Positions 49,339 to 61,769 of a stretch of DNA of 64,000 bases are shown here, one piece after another (positions within the stretch are counted from its first letter, which is position 1; every line of letters begins with the position of its first letter). The notes beneath the pieces were generated by a model that worked only from the letters and a program-made list of their open reading frames with translations, was not told where the DNA came from and did not search any database. The stretch covers positions 4,160,001 to 4,224,000 of the forward strand of contig OZ241917.1 of the NCBI GenBank assembly GCA_965203805.1, given 5' to 3'. The DNA comes from Candidatus Latescibacterota bacterium (lineage in GTDB: Bacteria > Latescibacterota > UBA2968 > GCA-2709665). The translations under genes were made by a program, and so were the position numbers.

Positions 49339-49791
49339 CTACAGGCTGGCCTCGATCGAGGTCAGAATCGTCTTCCACCCCCGCTCTGCTCGCTCCGTGT
49401 ACTCCGCGAAGGTCGCAGGCATCCTGTGGGTGAGCCTCGCCGAGCAACCGCCCTCGAGGGGGGTGATCTCGATCCTCACAACCGATGACCCCTCCCGCTC
49501 GGACAGCTCCCTTGTAAACCAGGTGGACTGGATGACCGAGGGGCGCTTCAGGGTCAGGTAGGTGCCCCAATGTTGCGTCTCTTCGCCATCACGCATGTCG
49601 CTGAAGATGAAGGCGCCGCCGGGACGAGGATCGACCTCGATTCGAACGATCTCTCCGGAAAGGCCGAACGCGACCAGGGCATGGCTCATCCACCTCCGGA
49701 CGTCCTGGGGGTAGAGCCATGCATCGAAGACCCTTTCCGCCGGCGCGTGCGGGAACGGATGCTCCACCGTGACTTCGACCGCATCACTCAT
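49339..49791 (-). CDS. SRPBCC/AHSA1 domain protein
   Basis: PAERVFDAW..P, DPRPGG, RGW. Confidence 0.88.
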   Translation of the reverse strand: MSDAVEVTVEHPFPHAPAERVFDAWLYPQDVRRWMSHALVAFGLSGEIVRIEVDPRPGGAFIFSDMRDGEETQHWGTYLTLKRPSVIQSTWFTRELSEREGSSVVRIEITPLEGGCSARLTHRMPATFAEYTERAERGWKTILTSIEASL

Positions 49792-49949
49792 TTCATCACC
49801 CTTTCCCTGGTCCTTCCCTCCTGGCGAAGCGCAGTTTCGAAGGCTTGCTTCGACAGGCTTAGTGCAGACAACTCACCAGACAGGATGAATCGGAGGCGGA
49901 ATGGTGGAGCATTCGTCGGGACAGGACACTGGTGGGCGAAGCAGCACGG

Positions 49950-50420
49950 CTAACGGGAGACGTGGGCTTCTGGATTACGATCGGCCACCAGGTTCAGGGC
50001 GATTCCATGTTCCAACCATGCGTTGAGCGCGGCGAGGACGAGAGAGAATCCGCCCATCGAGTCGAGTGCCATGCCGACAACCTCGTCTTCGGTCCCCTGG
50101 AATCGGGTGTTGGTGATCTGAACGAGGGTCGCTTCCGCTCCGAGAGAAGTGAATTGCCACTCGACGGTCGTCGATGGCTCATCCCATTCGATGAGAATTC
50201 TGGCAGGCCGCTCGATCGCCTTCACGTGGACATCCGCGGAGGCGCCGTACATCTCCCATTCCCATGTGACCTTCGCACCCGGTTCCAGCCTGCCGCTGCT
50301 CCCGGTGAACCAGAAGCGGGTGGTGATGGCGGGATCGACGAACGCGTTGAACACGTCGTCGCGCGGCTGCCGGACAAGCATCTGTGCCTGAACAACAGGA
50401 TTGATCACCCTGGCCCCCAA
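49950..50420 (-). CDS. SRPBCC/AHSA1 domain protein
   Basis: VFNAFVDP.IT..FWF; start uncertain. Confidence 0.88.
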   Translation of the reverse strand: MGARVINPVVQAQMLVRQPRDDVFNAFVDPAITTRFWFTGSSGRLEPGAKVTWEWEMYGASADVHVKAIERPARILIEWDEPSTTVEWQFTSLGAEATLVQITNTRFQGTEDEVVGMALDSMGGFSLVLAALNAWLEHGIALNLVADRNPEAHVSR

Positions 50421-50440
50421 CGGTTGCCATCCGGGACAGA

Positions 50441-50917
50441 CTACCGGCCGGACTCGAGCAGCGCCTTGAGCACGGCTGCGCCGTGGCCGGCGGCCCGGGC
50501 ACGTTTCCAGACTTTGGTCAGGACTCCATCCGGGTCGATGATGAACGTAGCCCGCGTCATTCCCTGAAACCGGCGACCGTAGAGGACTTTCTCACCCCAG
50601 GCGCCATAACGTGCGGCGACGGCGGCATCCGCGTCTACCAGCAGGGGAAACGGCAGCCGGTGGCGTTCGCGGAACTTCACGTGCGAATCGGCATCGTCCT
50701 TCGAAACGCCGAGCACGATGGCGCCTTCGGCTTGGATTTCGGCGTGACTGTCCCTGAAGGAGCAGGCCTGGGTCGTACAACCCGGCGTCTCATCGCGCGG
50801 ATAGAAGTAGAGGACAACCGTCCGGCCCTGGTATCCGGCCAGCGAATGCATGGTCCCGTCCTGGTCCGGGAGCGCGAAATCCGGGGCGGGATCACCTGCC
50901 TCAAGCGTAATTGCCAT
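50441..50917 (-). CDS. bcp: Thioredoxin-dependent peroxiredoxin BCP
   Basis: YFYPRDETPGCTTQAC. Confidence 0.93.
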   Translation of the reverse strand: MAITLEAGDPAPDFALPDQDGTMHSLAGYQGRTVVLYFYPRDETPGCTTQACSFRDSHAEIQAEGAIVLGVSKDDADSHVKFRERHRLPFPLLVDADAAVAARYGAWGEKVLYGRRFQGMTRATFIIDPDGVLTKVWKRARAAGHGAAVLKALLESGR

Positions 50918-51023
50918 CGTGGTTCCTCTTTCGACTGTTCATGAAGCGGTCCGCCCGACGCCGGTCGACGCGACCCCACATCCGAAATGCCCTGGAAGCG
51001 GTCGTTGCGGGCACGGCCCTGGA

Positions 51024-53168
<2,145 letters not shown>

Positions 53169-53303
53169 TTAATTGGTTCTGAGTATGGCGCAACCTTCTT
53201 CGTCGCAGACCCGCGATATTTTCGGCGCATGGAGAGAAATAAACTATCTGCGCCGTTCACAGGCAAGGGGAATCTGTTTTCGTGCAGACGTCAATTTACC
53301 GTC

Positions 53304-53612
53304 TCACCTTTTCCACCCAAACCGCGAAAGAAAGGACTGAATCGGCTCCATTGCAGACTCAACCCTGTCTACAACGGATTGCAACGATTGTACAAGTGCT
53401 TCGATCTTTGGAATTGCCGGCTTGGAAGCTTCCAGCATAACCTCGAGCTTGGCAGAAACAGCCTGGACCTGTTCCAAAAGATACAGGTATTCGACATAAA
53501 GACCAATGGCGCCACCAATCAGGAGAATAAGGATCGCTACCAGGACCCACATTATAACGACCAGAATCCGCTTTATATCTTTCAAATATTGCGTTGTCTC
53601 GTCCATCCCCAT
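53304..53612 (-). CDS. Small single-TM coiled-coil protein
   Basis: GGAGGAG RBS; hydrophobic helix then heptads. Confidence 0.65.
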   Translation of the reverse strand: MGMDETTQYLKDIKRILVVIMWVLVAILILLIGGAIGLYVEYLYLLEQVQAVSAKLEVMLEASKPAIPKIEALVQSLQSVVDRVESAMEPIQSFLSRFGWKR

Positions 53613-53736
53613 CTCCTCCGGATGTTGAAGTTTACAACACGTACTCATAACGAACTCGAAGGCGCCGTTTCTCTTTCCGGCGCACTTCGTTCTACAGGAA
53701 TCCTCACCTGTTCTGTCTATACATACAGTAATGATC

Positions 53737-54876
53737 CTACACTCTGACCAACGCATTCGCGAAGTCCGCGCACAGATCCTCGGCGGCCTCGATGCCGCAC
53801 GCCACCCGGACCAGGCCATCGGATATTCCCAATTTCGCCCGATCTTCCCGGCTCATGCCGCTGTGCGAGGTGGCGGCCGGACGCGTGATGAGGGTTTCGA
53901 CGCCACCCAGACTCGGGGCCGTTGCCGGCAGTGTCAGCCCGGACAGCAATCGCTCGGCCGACGCCACGCCGCCGCGCAATTCGAAGCTCAGGACCCCGCC
54001 CGCTCCGGCAAACAACCGCTGTGCCCGTTCGTGTTGCGGATGGCTCTCCAGCCCCGGATAGTTCACCCGGGTTACCTGCTCCTGCCCGGTTAAAAGTCGC
54101 GCCAGCCTCAGGCCGTTCTCATTGTGTTGGCGCATTCTGAGCGTCAATGTCTTCAGGCCCCGCTGCAGCAGAAAACACGCGTGCGCATCCAGCGAACCGC
54201 CCAGATGGTTCAACTTGTGCCTGATGGCCGTAACGTGTGCGAAAGAGCCCGCGACTGCGCCCGCGACGAGGTCCGAATGGCCATTCAGGTACTTGGTCGC
54301 GCTGTGGATTTCGATATCGAACCCGATTTCCAGCGGGCGGAAGTTAAACGGGGAGGCAAAGGTACTGTCGATCAGGCAGACCAGCCCGTATTCCCGCGCG
54401 AATGCCACGACTGCCTCCAAATCGGCAACCTCCAATAGCGGGTTGGTCATGGTCTCCACGTAAATCGCCCGGGTCTCCGGACGGAGCTTGCCCGGCCACG
54501 TCTCCGGCGCGTTGCCGGCGATGAAGTCGAAGTTCATTCCGATGCGCGGCGCATCCTGCGTCACGAAGCTGTGCGTGCCTCCGTAGAGGCAGTCCTGGAT
54601 CAACAGATGATCACCGCTGTTGAGAAGGGTTATTAGGGCCGTGGTGATCGCGGCCATCCCGGAGCCGGTGACGAGGGCGTCCTCGCCGCCGCAGGCAGCG
54701 GCCAGCTTGGTATGCAATGCGCGGTGATTGGGTGTGTTGTTCAGCCGGAGATAGCGGATGTCGTCGTAGTCCTGCTCGTCTTGTGAAACATAGGTCGAGC
54801 TCTGGAAGATCGGCAGCACCACGGCGCCCTCGATGTGTTCCTCACCGGCGTGAATGAGACGGGTTTGCAAATCCAT
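53737..54876 (-). CDS. Cys/Met metabolism PLP enzyme (cystathionine gamma-lyase/synthase family)
   Basis: SGMAAI, ETMTNP, HSATKYLNGHSD, SLGGVE. Confidence 0.95.
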   Translation of the reverse strand: MDLQTRLIHAGEEHIEGAVVLPIFQSSTYVSQDEQDYDDIRYLRLNNTPNHRALHTKLAAACGGEDALVTGSGMAAITTALITLLNSGDHLLIQDCLYGGTHSFVTQDAPRIGMNFDFIAGNAPETWPGKLRPETRAIYVETMTNPLLEVADLEAVVAFAREYGLVCLIDSTFASPFNFRPLEIGFDIEIHSATKYLNGHSDLVAGAVAGSFAHVTAIRHKLNHLGGSLDAHACFLLQRGLKTLTLRMRQHNENGLRLARLLTGQEQVTRVNYPGLESHPQHERAQRLFAGAGGVLSFELRGGVASAERLLSGLTLPATAPSLGGVETLITRPAATSHSGMSREDRAKLGISDGLVRVACGIEAAEDLCADFANALVRV

Positions 54877-54995
54877 GCATTTTCCCTCGGGAAATTAAAG
54901 CGTGACTTCTGCCTGAAATGGATGCATATATCGTGAATTATAAATAAACATGGATGGACAGGATGGACAGGATAAAGTCAACGGCAGGAGAACTC

Positions 54996-56411
54996 ATGCA
55001 CGAAATCAACCCATTGAGAGCAGGCGCGGCGATGATTGACATCACGCCGCCATTGGGGACGCATCTGGCCGGAAGCGGGGCCGGCGAACACCGTCCGGCC
55101 GAGACCGTTTTGGATCCGCTCTTTGCAAAAGCCATCGTCTTCGAAAGCGGCGGGCGGCGGGTCTGCATGGTAATCCTGGATCTGACTATCGTCACGCAGG
55201 ACTACACGGACCGGATTCGCGCTGCTATCGCGGAGCGTACGGGCATCCCTCCGGAGGCGGTCATGGTCCAGGCGACGCAGACGCACTCCGCGCCGAGCAT
55301 GGGCTACTTTATGCTGGATCCGGATTTCCGCCTGGAGACCAGTAAGCAGAACGAGTACCTGCGCGGCGCCGAGCGCGCCTACGGCGACCGGGCGGCGGCC
55401 GCCGCGGTGGAGGCAGCGGTAGAAGCGGCGGGCAGGCTGCAACCCGCGAGCATCGGTCTGGGGCGAGGTGTGTTGGGAGACCTGGCGTTCAATCGCCGCG
55501 GCATCCGGCGGGACGGAACCATCACCATGCCCGCCCCCCTGGGCCGGGAAAAAAGGCCGCTCGGAAACGTGGACGTCTGTTATCTCGAAGGGCCGATGGA
55601 CCCGGAAGTCGGCGTGTGCTGCGTCCAGGACCTGGATAAACGGCCGCTGGCCTTTCTCCTGCACTACACATGTCACCCGGTCAATGCGTTCAGTCATCGC
55701 GACACCTACCGGGCGGTATCGGCGGATTGGCCCGGCGCATGGACGCGGGAGATGCAGCAGGTGTTCGCCTCAGACGCGGTGCCGCTGGTCGTCAACGGCT
55801 GCTGCGGCAACATCAACCCCAGGCATCCCTTCGATTCGGATTACCGGCCGGACCACCAGCGAATGGGGCGCGAACTGACCGGGATGACCGAACGAATCGT
55901 CCACAGTATGGCGTTTGACAACGAAGCCGCGCTGGCATTCAACGTTGAAAACGTCCTGCTGCCGTTCCGCGAAATCCCTGTCGAGCGCCTGCGCGAAGTC
56001 GATGCGATCCTCTCAGAAAGTCCTGAACCGCCGCGCGGGGCAAACGGCCAGGTGGACCCGCAGTGGTTCCGGGCGGCGTCGACCCGGAGCGGCGAGCTAT
56101 GCCGGAAGCGGGACGCCGAGTTCAGCTACGAAATCCAGGCGTTCCGCATCGGCGACCTGTGTGTTATCGGCCTGCCTGGAGAACCCTTTGTGGAAGGACA
56201 ACTCGCGCTCAAGACCAACTCGCCGGCGCCGTACCTCTTCCCGGCACACCTCACGACGCACTATGTGGGCTACCTGCCGACGCGGGCGGCCTACGAGCGC
56301 GGGGGACACGAGGCCAACGAAGACGTGACCTACTGGGCCAAACTCGCGCCGGGCTGCCTCGAAACCGCGGTCGAGCGGGCTCGGGCGATGGTAAATGGGC
56401 TGTTTGCATGA
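54996..56411 (+). CDS. Neutral/alkaline ceramidase-like N-terminal domain protein
   Basis: DITPP, ATQTHSAP, YTCHP, SADWPG, PGEPF, GYLP. Confidence 0.85.
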   Translation: MHEINPLRAGAAMIDITPPLGTHLAGSGAGEHRPAETVLDPLFAKAIVFESGGRRVCMVILDLTIVTQDYTDRIRAAIAERTGIPPEAVMVQATQTHSAPSMGYFMLDPDFRLETSKQNEYLRGAERAYGDRAAAAAVEAAVEAAGRLQPASIGLGRGVLGDLAFNRRGIRRDGTITMPAPLGREKRPLGNVDVCYLEGPMDPEVGVCCVQDLDKRPLAFLLHYTCHPVNAFSHRDTYRAVSADWPGAWTREMQQVFASDAVPLVVNGCCGNINPRHPFDSDYRPDHQRMGRELTGMTERIVHSMAFDNEAALAFNVENVLLPFREIPVERLREVDAILSESPEPPRGANGQVDPQWFRAASTRSGELCRKRDAEFSYEIQAFRIGDLCVIGLPGEPFVEGQLALKTNSPAPYLFPAHLTTHYVGYLPTRAAYERGGHEANEDVTYWAKLAPGCLETAVERARAMVNGLFA

Positions 56412-56604
56412 GCGAATTGTCACCAGCGAACTGGTAATCCACACCATCATCACGCACGGATCTGAAGGCGCGGTCAACGGTGTCATTAAGACGGAGCTGG
56501 GCGGGCAATTCGCTTTCTGTGAGGTCTACCGGGTCGCGTCGGCATCCGGCAGGAAGATCAGGTCGATGATGTCATACACGATCCAACAGAACGGGGGACA
56601 ATGA
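56410..56604 (+). pseudogene. C-terminal remnant of an NTF2/SnoaL-like gene
   Basis: IITHG..GAVNG...FAFCEVY...I.SY; 5' part missing. Confidence 0.45.
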
Positions 56605-56607
56605 GCC

Positions 56608-57084
56608 ATGCAGAAAATCGTCACCAATCTGTGGTTTGACGGACGGGTCGAGGAAGCGCTCGAGCTCTATACGTCGTGCTTCGAAAACGCGCGTGTAACG
56701 AACATCACACGCTACACTGAAGAAGGCATGGGCAAGACCGGCGATATCCTGACTGCCGAGTTTGAACTGGCCGGGCAGGAGTTCTGCATCATCAACGGCG
56801 GTCCGATGTACACACACAGCCCGGCGATGTCGCTCCTGGTCAACTGCGTCGATCAGGACGAGGTGGACGCGTTGTGGGAACGCCTGACGTCAGATGGCGG
56901 CGAGGAGGGCCGATGCGGGTGGCTCACAGACCGCTTCGGCGTCTCCTGGCAGATTGTGCCGGTTGCGCTGGGGAAGATGCTGGCGAGCGACGATGCGGCC
57001 GCGGTGGAACGCGTCGCTGCGACATTTTTGAAGATGAAAAAGCTGGATATCGCCGTACTGGAGAGGGCGTTTCGAGATGAGTAA
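56608..57084 (+). CDS. VOC family PhnB/3-demethylubiquinone-9 methyltransferase-like protein
   Basis: MQKIVTNLWFD, NGGP, CGWLTDRFGVSWQIVP. Confidence 0.93.
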   Translation: MQKIVTNLWFDGRVEEALELYTSCFENARVTNITRYTEEGMGKTGDILTAEFELAGQEFCIINGGPMYTHSPAMSLLVNCVDQDEVDALWERLTSDGGEEGRCGWLTDRFGVSWQIVPVALGKMLASDDAAAVERVAATFLKMKKLDIAVLERAFRDE

Positions 57085-57186
57085 GCCCTGGGCAGGCGTG
57101 TCACGCGCCGCCCGAACCCTTTGTCCGGCTGTCAGCGGGCGCCGATGCGCTTGAATTCTCAATCGACACCAGAGGGAGTAGATTAT

Positions 57187-57561
57187 ATGACGAAGAGTAA
57201 CCGCTATGAAGCGGGCCGCAGAGTTCTCTCGACGATGCTCGGAGAGGCCGCTGCAGAGGCCTCCGCCAGGAAGATGCGCACACTTCATCCGGAGTTCGAG
57301 CGACTCGTGATGGAGCAGGTGATGCATGACCTGTACGGACGGGACGGGCTGGACATCAAGACTCGTCTGCTATGCACGATCGCGGCCTTGACGGTTCTCG
57401 GCAGGCCGCAACAACTTGCCGTTCACATCGCCAGGGCCCTTGGTTGCGGGTCCACGAGGACGGAGATCGAGGAGGTCATGTTGCAGATGAGCGCTTTCGG
57501 CGGATTTCCGGCGACGTGGGATGCACTGACCGTTCTCCAGGGACAGAACCAGGGGGAATAG
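57187..57561 (+). CDS. Carboxymuconolactone decarboxylase family protein
   Basis: RDGLDIKTR.L.TIAAL, H...AL..G, EIEEV..Q...GFP. Confidence 0.9.
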   Translation: MTKSNRYEAGRRVLSTMLGEAAAEASARKMRTLHPEFERLVMEQVMHDLYGRDGLDIKTRLLCTIAALTVLGRPQQLAVHIARALGCGSTRTEIEEVMLQMSAFGGFPATWDALTVLQGQNQGE

Positions 57562-57615
57562 CATGGGAATGTTGGTTTTTTGAGATCGTCGGTCGCAATC
57601 TGATGCCGGTTCATT

Positions 57616-59166
57616 TCAACGGCCCTGTTGGAAGTGCTGCGCCTGAGCACGAATTGCGAGCGGCAGCTCGTAGCAGGCGGCCTCGCTATCCGTGCGCACC
57701 AACAGATAGGGTGCGGCAAGGGACGGAGGATTCCAGGTTTTGCCCGTGAAGGCCGTCATGCGCGCCAGTTCGACGTGGCGGTCGGGGCGGGCCTCGACCA
57801 GTACCACGTCGCCCGATTCGCTCATGATCAGCAGGACGTCGTCGATCAGGATGAGCTGACCGTGTCCGTAGCGCCCGCGCTTCCAGCGGCGCTTGCCGTC
57901 CTGCGGGTCGAGGCAGACCAGCACCCCATCGTCGAGGCCATAGACAAAACCATCGCGAGAGACCATGTTGGCGAACTTGGCCTTGAGCCGTGGGCTTTCC
58001 CAGACGATATCGCTCGTTAAGCCCCCGTCGGGCGCGGCATTCACCTGATACAGCCTGGCGCCAATCCCGTACCCGGAGGAGACCAGAACCCGGTTCCCGG
58101 GCAAGGGCAGGGGGTTGGCAACGCATTCGACCTGATCCCAGGGCTGACGCCAGAAGAGATCTCCGCTGTGCGGATCGTGTGCGGCGACGCTATGGCTGTT
58201 GAAAATCAATATCTGCTCGCGTCCGGCCAGTGTAACCAGACGCGGCGAGCTGAAGCCGGCCCTGTCCGTGCCCCCGCCCCAGACAAATGCGCCGGTTTGG
58301 TGGTGATAGGCCACTAACGAGCGTTCATCCGGGCCTCCGGCACTGACCACGACCAGGGTGTCGAGGACCAGCGGCGAACAGCTGATTCCCCACCAATGGG
58401 CCTTAGCCCGGTTGTCGGCGAGGATATCCCGCGACCAGATCAGAGCCCCGCTGCCCAGGTCCAGGCAATTGAGGATGCCGGTCGCGCCCATGGTGAAAAC
58501 CCGGTCTCCAGCGATGGTCGGCGTAGCACGCGGACCGACGCCGGCTACCGCGCTCTCGTAGCGGGTCGAGTCGGCGTGTTGCCACAGCTTGCGGCCCGTT
58601 GCCAGGTCGTAGCAGACGACCTGCTCCTCTGGGCCGTGTTGCTCCTGAGTGACGGCCCGGCCGCCGACAATGGCAAACGAGGACCAGGCGGCGCCGACCG
58701 GGCGACGCCAGATCTCGCGCGGCGGGTGCCTGACCCAGTCACGCTCGAGGTGGACGCCCCGGAGGCGGTTGTCGCGCTCCGGGCCGAGGAATTGCGGCCA
58801 ATCGCGGGCGTTGAGCGCGGTGGCGTCCCCTCCTTCCGCGACGGTGGCTTCGTCTTCGGCATGCCAACGCCATTCGAGGATCGGCACGAAATCGCCGCTC
58901 ATCCCCTTAATGCGAAAACACCCGACGCCGAGCGCAATGACGAAGACGATGCCGCCGAAATAGCGCAGGCGCTGTCCCCAGGCCAGCCGCGACGCAAAGA
59001 GCAGCCAGAGCAAACCAAGGAAAATGGCGAGCATGAAGATGCCCATGGTGCGCATCACCTGTTGCTGGCGATGGAGGGATTCGGGCAACCAGATCAGCAG
59101 AAGCGCCAGGACGATGACGCCTCCCAGCAAATAGAGAGGCCATAAGCGAGGGCGGGTCGAGGACAT
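57616..59166 (-). CDS. Membrane-anchored PQQ-like beta-propeller protein
   Basis: N-terminal TM helices; DWPQFLGPER, GPRATP, repeated G..LW. Confidence 0.9.
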   Translation of the reverse strand: MSSTRPRLWPLYLLGGVIVLALLLIWLPESLHRQQQVMRTMGIFMLAIFLGLLWLLFASRLAWGQRLRYFGGIVFVIALGVGCFRIKGMSGDFVPILEWRWHAEDEATVAEGGDATALNARDWPQFLGPERDNRLRGVHLERDWVRHPPREIWRRPVGAAWSSFAIVGGRAVTQEQHGPEEQVVCYDLATGRKLWQHADSTRYESAVAGVGPRATPTIAGDRVFTMGATGILNCLDLGSGALIWSRDILADNRAKAHWWGISCSPLVLDTLVVVSAGGPDERSLVAYHHQTGAFVWGGGTDRAGFSSPRLVTLAGREQILIFNSHSVAAHDPHSGDLFWRQPWDQVECVANPLPLPGNRVLVSSGYGIGARLYQVNAAPDGGLTSDIVWESPRLKAKFANMVSRDGFVYGLDDGVLVCLDPQDGKRRWKRGRYGHGQLILIDDVLLIMSESGDVVLVEARPDRHVELARMTAFTGKTWNPPSLAAPYLLVRTDSEAACYELPLAIRAQAQHFQQGR

Positions 59167-59332
59167 AGGATCTATACACCTCCGGTGACGGTCTCCAGGC
59201 GGCCCCGATCGCCGCCGAACACTTGGGTACCTTTACCGCGAATTGCATATTGCCGAAATCGGTGCGATATTATCCTCTGCGGGCGCGATGGATCATCAGA
59301 AGAAAAAGCAGCCATGAATTCTGCCCCGGGGT

Positions 59333-60091
59333 TCACACCACGTCGAGGATATAACGCGCCAGCGGCGAGAGCCGTCGGGCGGTTTCCGGCCGCAAGTACT
59401 CGCGCTGGTTGGTCTGTTGTGCGTGCTCCCGGGCGATAAAGGCGCAATGCAGGGTGCGGCGAGGGGCGTCGGTGCGATTGCGATATGAGCCGTGCCAGAG
59501 GCTGCCGTTGAATACGGCGACCGAGCCGGCGCGCCCGGTCAGTTGCACCTGATCCGGGTGATCGGCCATGGAGTCGGCCACGTGGTCCGAGATCCTGTCG
59601 GGCTTGCGGTGGCTGGCGGGGACGCAGCGGGTCGCTCCGTTGGCCCGGGTGAAGTCGTCCAGCATCCACATGGAGTTGACGACGTGGTAAGGTCCGCCGG
59701 GCGCGGTGGGCTGTCCCCAGTCCGTGTGCAGGCCCTGCAACCCGCTGCCGGGTAAAGGATCGTGCCCATTGAGCGAGTGCAGCTTGAACGGCCGCTGCAG
59801 GACGTGCCAGACCGCCGTCAGCAGCGCGGGCTGCAGGTACACGGCGTCGAAGACCGTTCCCTTGTTGACCAGGTCGGCAAGGCGGCGCACGCCCTCCATC
59901 CGGGCGACCTCAACGCCGGCCTTGTCGCCCTCGCGGGCGAAGATCTCGTCAAACGCGTGGCGCAACCCGGCCAGCCAGTCAGGCGCGATGATATCTTCCA
60001 GGATAAGGAAGCCGTTGGCGTCCAGCGCGCCGGTTTGCGCGGGCGTCAGCGGCTCAGGGACAAATCCCCGTTTCAACAGTTCACTGTCCAT
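59333..60091 (-). CDS. Phytanoyl-CoA dioxygenase (PhyH) family protein
   Basis: LHTD, NGATRCVPASH, WHG...N. Confidence 0.92.
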   Translation of the reverse strand: MDSELLKRGFVPEPLTPAQTGALDANGFLILEDIIAPDWLAGLRHAFDEIFAREGDKAGVEVARMEGVRRLADLVNKGTVFDAVYLQPALLTAVWHVLQRPFKLHSLNGHDPLPGSGLQGLHTDWGQPTAPGGPYHVVNSMWMLDDFTRANGATRCVPASHRKPDRISDHVADSMADHPDQVQLTGRAGSVAVFNGSLWHGSYRNRTDAPRRTLHCAFIAREHAQQTNQREYLRPETARRLSPLARYILDVV

Positions 60092-60120
60092 TTTGGATAA
60101 TCCTCAGAAATGTGCACATT

Positions 60121-60714
60121 ATGCCGCGCAAAAGCAGAGTTCTCAGTATTGGTGACACGGCCCCACCATTCGATCTGCCCTCGCACCAGCAGGGGTACGT
60201 ATCGCTGGCGACGCTTCTTGAAAAAGAACACGTTGTCCTGACGTTTTTTCGGGGGACCTGGTGAAGACGAAGCCGTCGTCAGTTGGCGACTGTGCAGGAA
60301 CATGTCGACGAGTACGCCAAACGTAACGCGGCCTCCATCGCCATTGCGGCGGGACAGCCGCTTTGGGAGATGCGCGAATACGCGGAACGCAGCGGCACTA
60401 CCTTTCCGCTATTGGCGGACGAAGACTGGAGCGCCATCAGGAACTACGGGGTGCATCACTGGTTCGGCCTGGCGCTGCACAACTTCGCCTATACCATCGT
60501 TCGTCCCGCGACGTCGATATTCGGCAATCCAGGCCGCCGTCTTCACAAATGGACCGGCCTGGCGGATCACAGCCTGAGCAGGAGCATCGCCCGACCGGCG
60601 ACGTTCATCATCGATCAAACTGGCATCGTCAGATATATCTACATCGGCACGAATCAGTACGATTTGGCCGACCAGGAAGAAATTCTCGAAGTCTTGAACT
60701 CGCTGGCGCAGTGA
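60121..60714 (+). CDS. AhpC/TSA (peroxiredoxin-like) selenoprotein, in-frame TGA at 60262-60264
   Basis: MPRKSRVLSIGDTAPPFDLP...VVLTFFRGTW-U-RRSRRQL in frame with track ORF 60283-60714 (FPLLAD, RPATFIID). Confidence 0.85.
60275..60290 (+). promoter_or_regulatory. Bacterial SECIS-like hairpin
   Basis: GUCGUC-AGUU-GGCGAC starting 10 nt after UGA. Confidence 0.65.
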
Positions 60715-60838
60715 CGTCCGGCTGCTTTTTCTCGTTGCCGCGACCCTTAAAAACGGCCGCGGTTGCAGTTGATCCGGGCTGAATCGCGCCTTGCGTAGAA
60801 CCACATGACCAAATTAACCCATCCATTGAGATCGCGCC

Positions 60839-61270
60839 ATGTAGAAAATCGTCACCAATCTGTGGTTTGACGGACGGGTGATCCGCATAACACGCTACAA
60901 GGATGCCGGCATGGGTGAAGCCGGTGAAATCATGATCGCCGAGTTCAAACTGGCAGGGCAGGAGTTCTGTATCATCAACGGGGGTTCCCACTTTACGTAC
61001 AGCCCGGCAATGTCGCTTCTGGTCAATTGCGTCGATCAGGCCGAGGTGGACGCGCTATAGGAACGCTTGACCGCCGATGGCGGCGAGGAAAGTCAATGCG
61101 GGTGGCAAACTACAGACCGTTTCGGCGTCTCCTGGCAGATTGTGCCGGTCGTGCTGGGGAAAATGCTGGCGAGCGAGGATGCGGCGGCGGTCAAACGCGT
61201 CACCGAGGCATTCCTGAAAATGAAGAAGCCGGATATCGCCGAGTTGGAGAAGGCATTTCGCAATGAGTAA
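60839..61270 (+). pseudogene. Decayed duplicate of the PhnB-like VOC gene
   Basis: Highly similar to 56608-57084; TAG at 60842 and 61058; about 50-bp deletion. Confidence 0.9.
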
Positions 61271-61643
61271 GCCCGACCCGAACCGCCACGTTCCGCGGGA
61301 TAACGACGCATACGTGGCAGCGCAAGCGTCCGGTTTTCCCGCTACGCTCAAGCAGTTGCGAGCCGTTGTCAACGCGGCCACGCCAGATTGTACGGAATGC
61401 GTCAGCTACAGGATCCCCTTCTTCCGGCTGAGGAAGGACTTCGTCGCCCTATCTGCCGCGAAGCGCCAAAGCGGCCCACATAACATGAGCAAAGCCATAC
61501 CGGCCGAAATGAGAGAAAAACTCGAGGCAGCTGGCATTTCGACTTCAGGTACAACGCTCGAATTCGAACCTGGCATCGACTTGCCGGTCCCGCTGGTAGA
61601 GATAGTCCTGCGCGCTCGCCTTTCCGACGTGAACGGCGTATAA
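61263..61643 (+). CDS. DUF1801 (YdhG-like) protein
   Basis: DAYVAA...TLKQLRAVV..A.P...E.VSYRIP. Confidence 0.75.
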   Translation: MSKPDPNRHVPRDNDAYVAAQASGFPATLKQLRAVVNAATPDCTECVSYRIPFFRLRKDFVALSAAKRQSGPHNMSKAIPAEMREKLEAAGISTSGTTLEFEPGIDLPVPLVEIVLRARLSDVNGV

Positions 61644-61769
61644 CTGCAGTCGTATAGGCGATGCTGAACCTGCCACGCCAACGGCATACACGTAGGTTGG
61701 CGGAACGGCTAATCAGAGACCGTTGACCGGTCACATCCGCCTTGCATTAGGTCCAAGGAGAAAATGTGA

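Noticed and set aside
60839-61270. Two in-frame TAG codons suggesting pyrrolysine or amber recoding
   Set aside because: The intact paralog has CAG and TGG at these sites, and this copy also has a deletion: an ordinary pseudogene.
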